From: Macrostomum hystrix
Lineage: Eukaryota; Animalia; Platyhelminthes
Length of the DNA stretch: 64,000 nucleotides
Direction: 5' to 3'
Assembly: GCA_950097015.1 (NCBI GenBank)
Contig: CATNEN010000024.1
Coordinates: 3,596,001 to 3,660,000 of the forward strand
A model generated the notes under the pieces. The model searched no databases, was not told where the DNA came from, and worked only from the letters and a program-made list of their open reading frames with translations. Shown here one piece after another: positions 63,298 through 64,000 of this stretch; position 1 is the stretch's first letter, and every line of letters starts with the position of its first letter. The position numbers and the translations under genes were made by a program.

Positions 63298-63434
63298 CTT
63301 TAGAGAGTAGAATTTTGAAAATAATGTGCACGTGCATGCCAACTAAGCACAATATTGGGTCTACAATAGCCTTTAATGATACTTTTATAACTATCCTTTA
63401 TAAAGGGTCTTCGACTTCGACAGTAATCGCTGAA

Positions 63435-63520
63435 TATCTCGTGAAGTAGGCAGCGGGTATTTGAACTACCCCGTGGTCTCTTCCCAGGGGGGTAATAGTG
63501 TGGTCTTTCTACCGTTAAAG
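63435..63520 (+). mobile_element. 3' fragment of the Helitron/Lep1-like repeat in a TRAX intron
   Basis: TCGTGAAGTAGGCAGCGGGTATTTGAACTACC matches the reverse complement of 5351-5400. Confidence 0.5.
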
Positions 63521-63557
63521 GAATAAAAAAATAATTATTACTCGTGCATTAATTTAC

Positions 63558-63692
63558 CTGAAACAGGGCTTCAACATTGTCAGAGCTGTCTTGAAGACGT
63601 GGCTGTTTATAGCTGTCAGAGGATAATTCTGTGCTGGTCACAGCTGTCATTTCAAATGGTCGCTTACTCGTTTTTGTTGTCTGTTTTAGCTC
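63558..63692 (-). CDS. TSNAX: TRAX upstream exon (in-frame ATG at 63650; true start uncertain)
   Basis: TTTTTCAG acceptor, 135 nt open, ends NVEALFQ|GTAAAT and joins VFKERLD in phase 0. Confidence 0.75.
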
Positions 63693-63889
63693 CTGAAAAA
63701 TGAATAATTATACAAATTTTTAATATACTCTTTATCATCTGCAATACATCATGTATTTGATTTCCTATAACGAAATCAGTTCTCTAAAATAGCTAAAAAC
63801 TGGAGTGTACATAATGATACCTCATTATTTAGCTACACCTGTCCTAATCAGAGGTGCATCCAACAGAACAGCTGCTGTTATTTCATGGC

Positions 63890-64000
63890 ACATTTGAACG
63901 CTGCATCTGGCTTTTTAGTCGATGAACTGGGGGCGAAAACACACCCACACTTAATTACCCCAGCTAAAGTTGGTTGAGACCATTTAACAGATGGGTAAAC
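63890..64000 (-). mobile_element. SINE family B fragment cut by the window end
   Basis: ACACCCAC...CCCCAGCT...CCATTTAACAGATGGGT resembles the family B body. Confidence 0.45.

Overview
Eukaryotic (metazoan) genomic DNA. The dense minisatellites, short GC-rich exons with polyQ/polyA runs and tRNA-derived SINEs suggest a flatworm such as Macrostomum; this species assignment is inference. Four spliced genes can be reconstructed by hand with GT-AG sites and consistent phases: Nck (SH3-SH3-SH3-SH2, +, 25480-31921, 3 coding exons), a Prrx-like Q50 paired-class homeobox gene (+, 43844-46727, 3 exons), TBC1D13 Rab-GAP (-, 51093-60988, 5 exons) and TRAX/TSNAX (-, 61928 to about 63692). About a third of the window is made of roughly 19 different tandem arrays (units 15-49 bp). 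Mobile DNA includes a decayed full-length RTE-type LINE (54014-58266, 13-bp TSD) inserted into the polypyrimidine tract of a TBC1D13 splice acceptor, a 368-bp structured non-coding retro-insert nested in its RT region, two tRNA-SINE families, a hAT-Charlie MITE and Helitron/Lep1-like fragments. Best leads: (1) a non-canonical 2A/StopGo-like motif (TIEKNPGP) ahead of the LINE endonuclease; (2) the nested hairpin-rich retro-insert; (3) sharply localised CpG erasure in 5' introns, a likely fossil of germline methylation; (4) introns expanded by minisatellites that start right at the splice donor; (5) a dense TAATTG array just downstream of the Q50 homeobox gene. No CRISPR, rRNA or bona fide tRNA genes were found.
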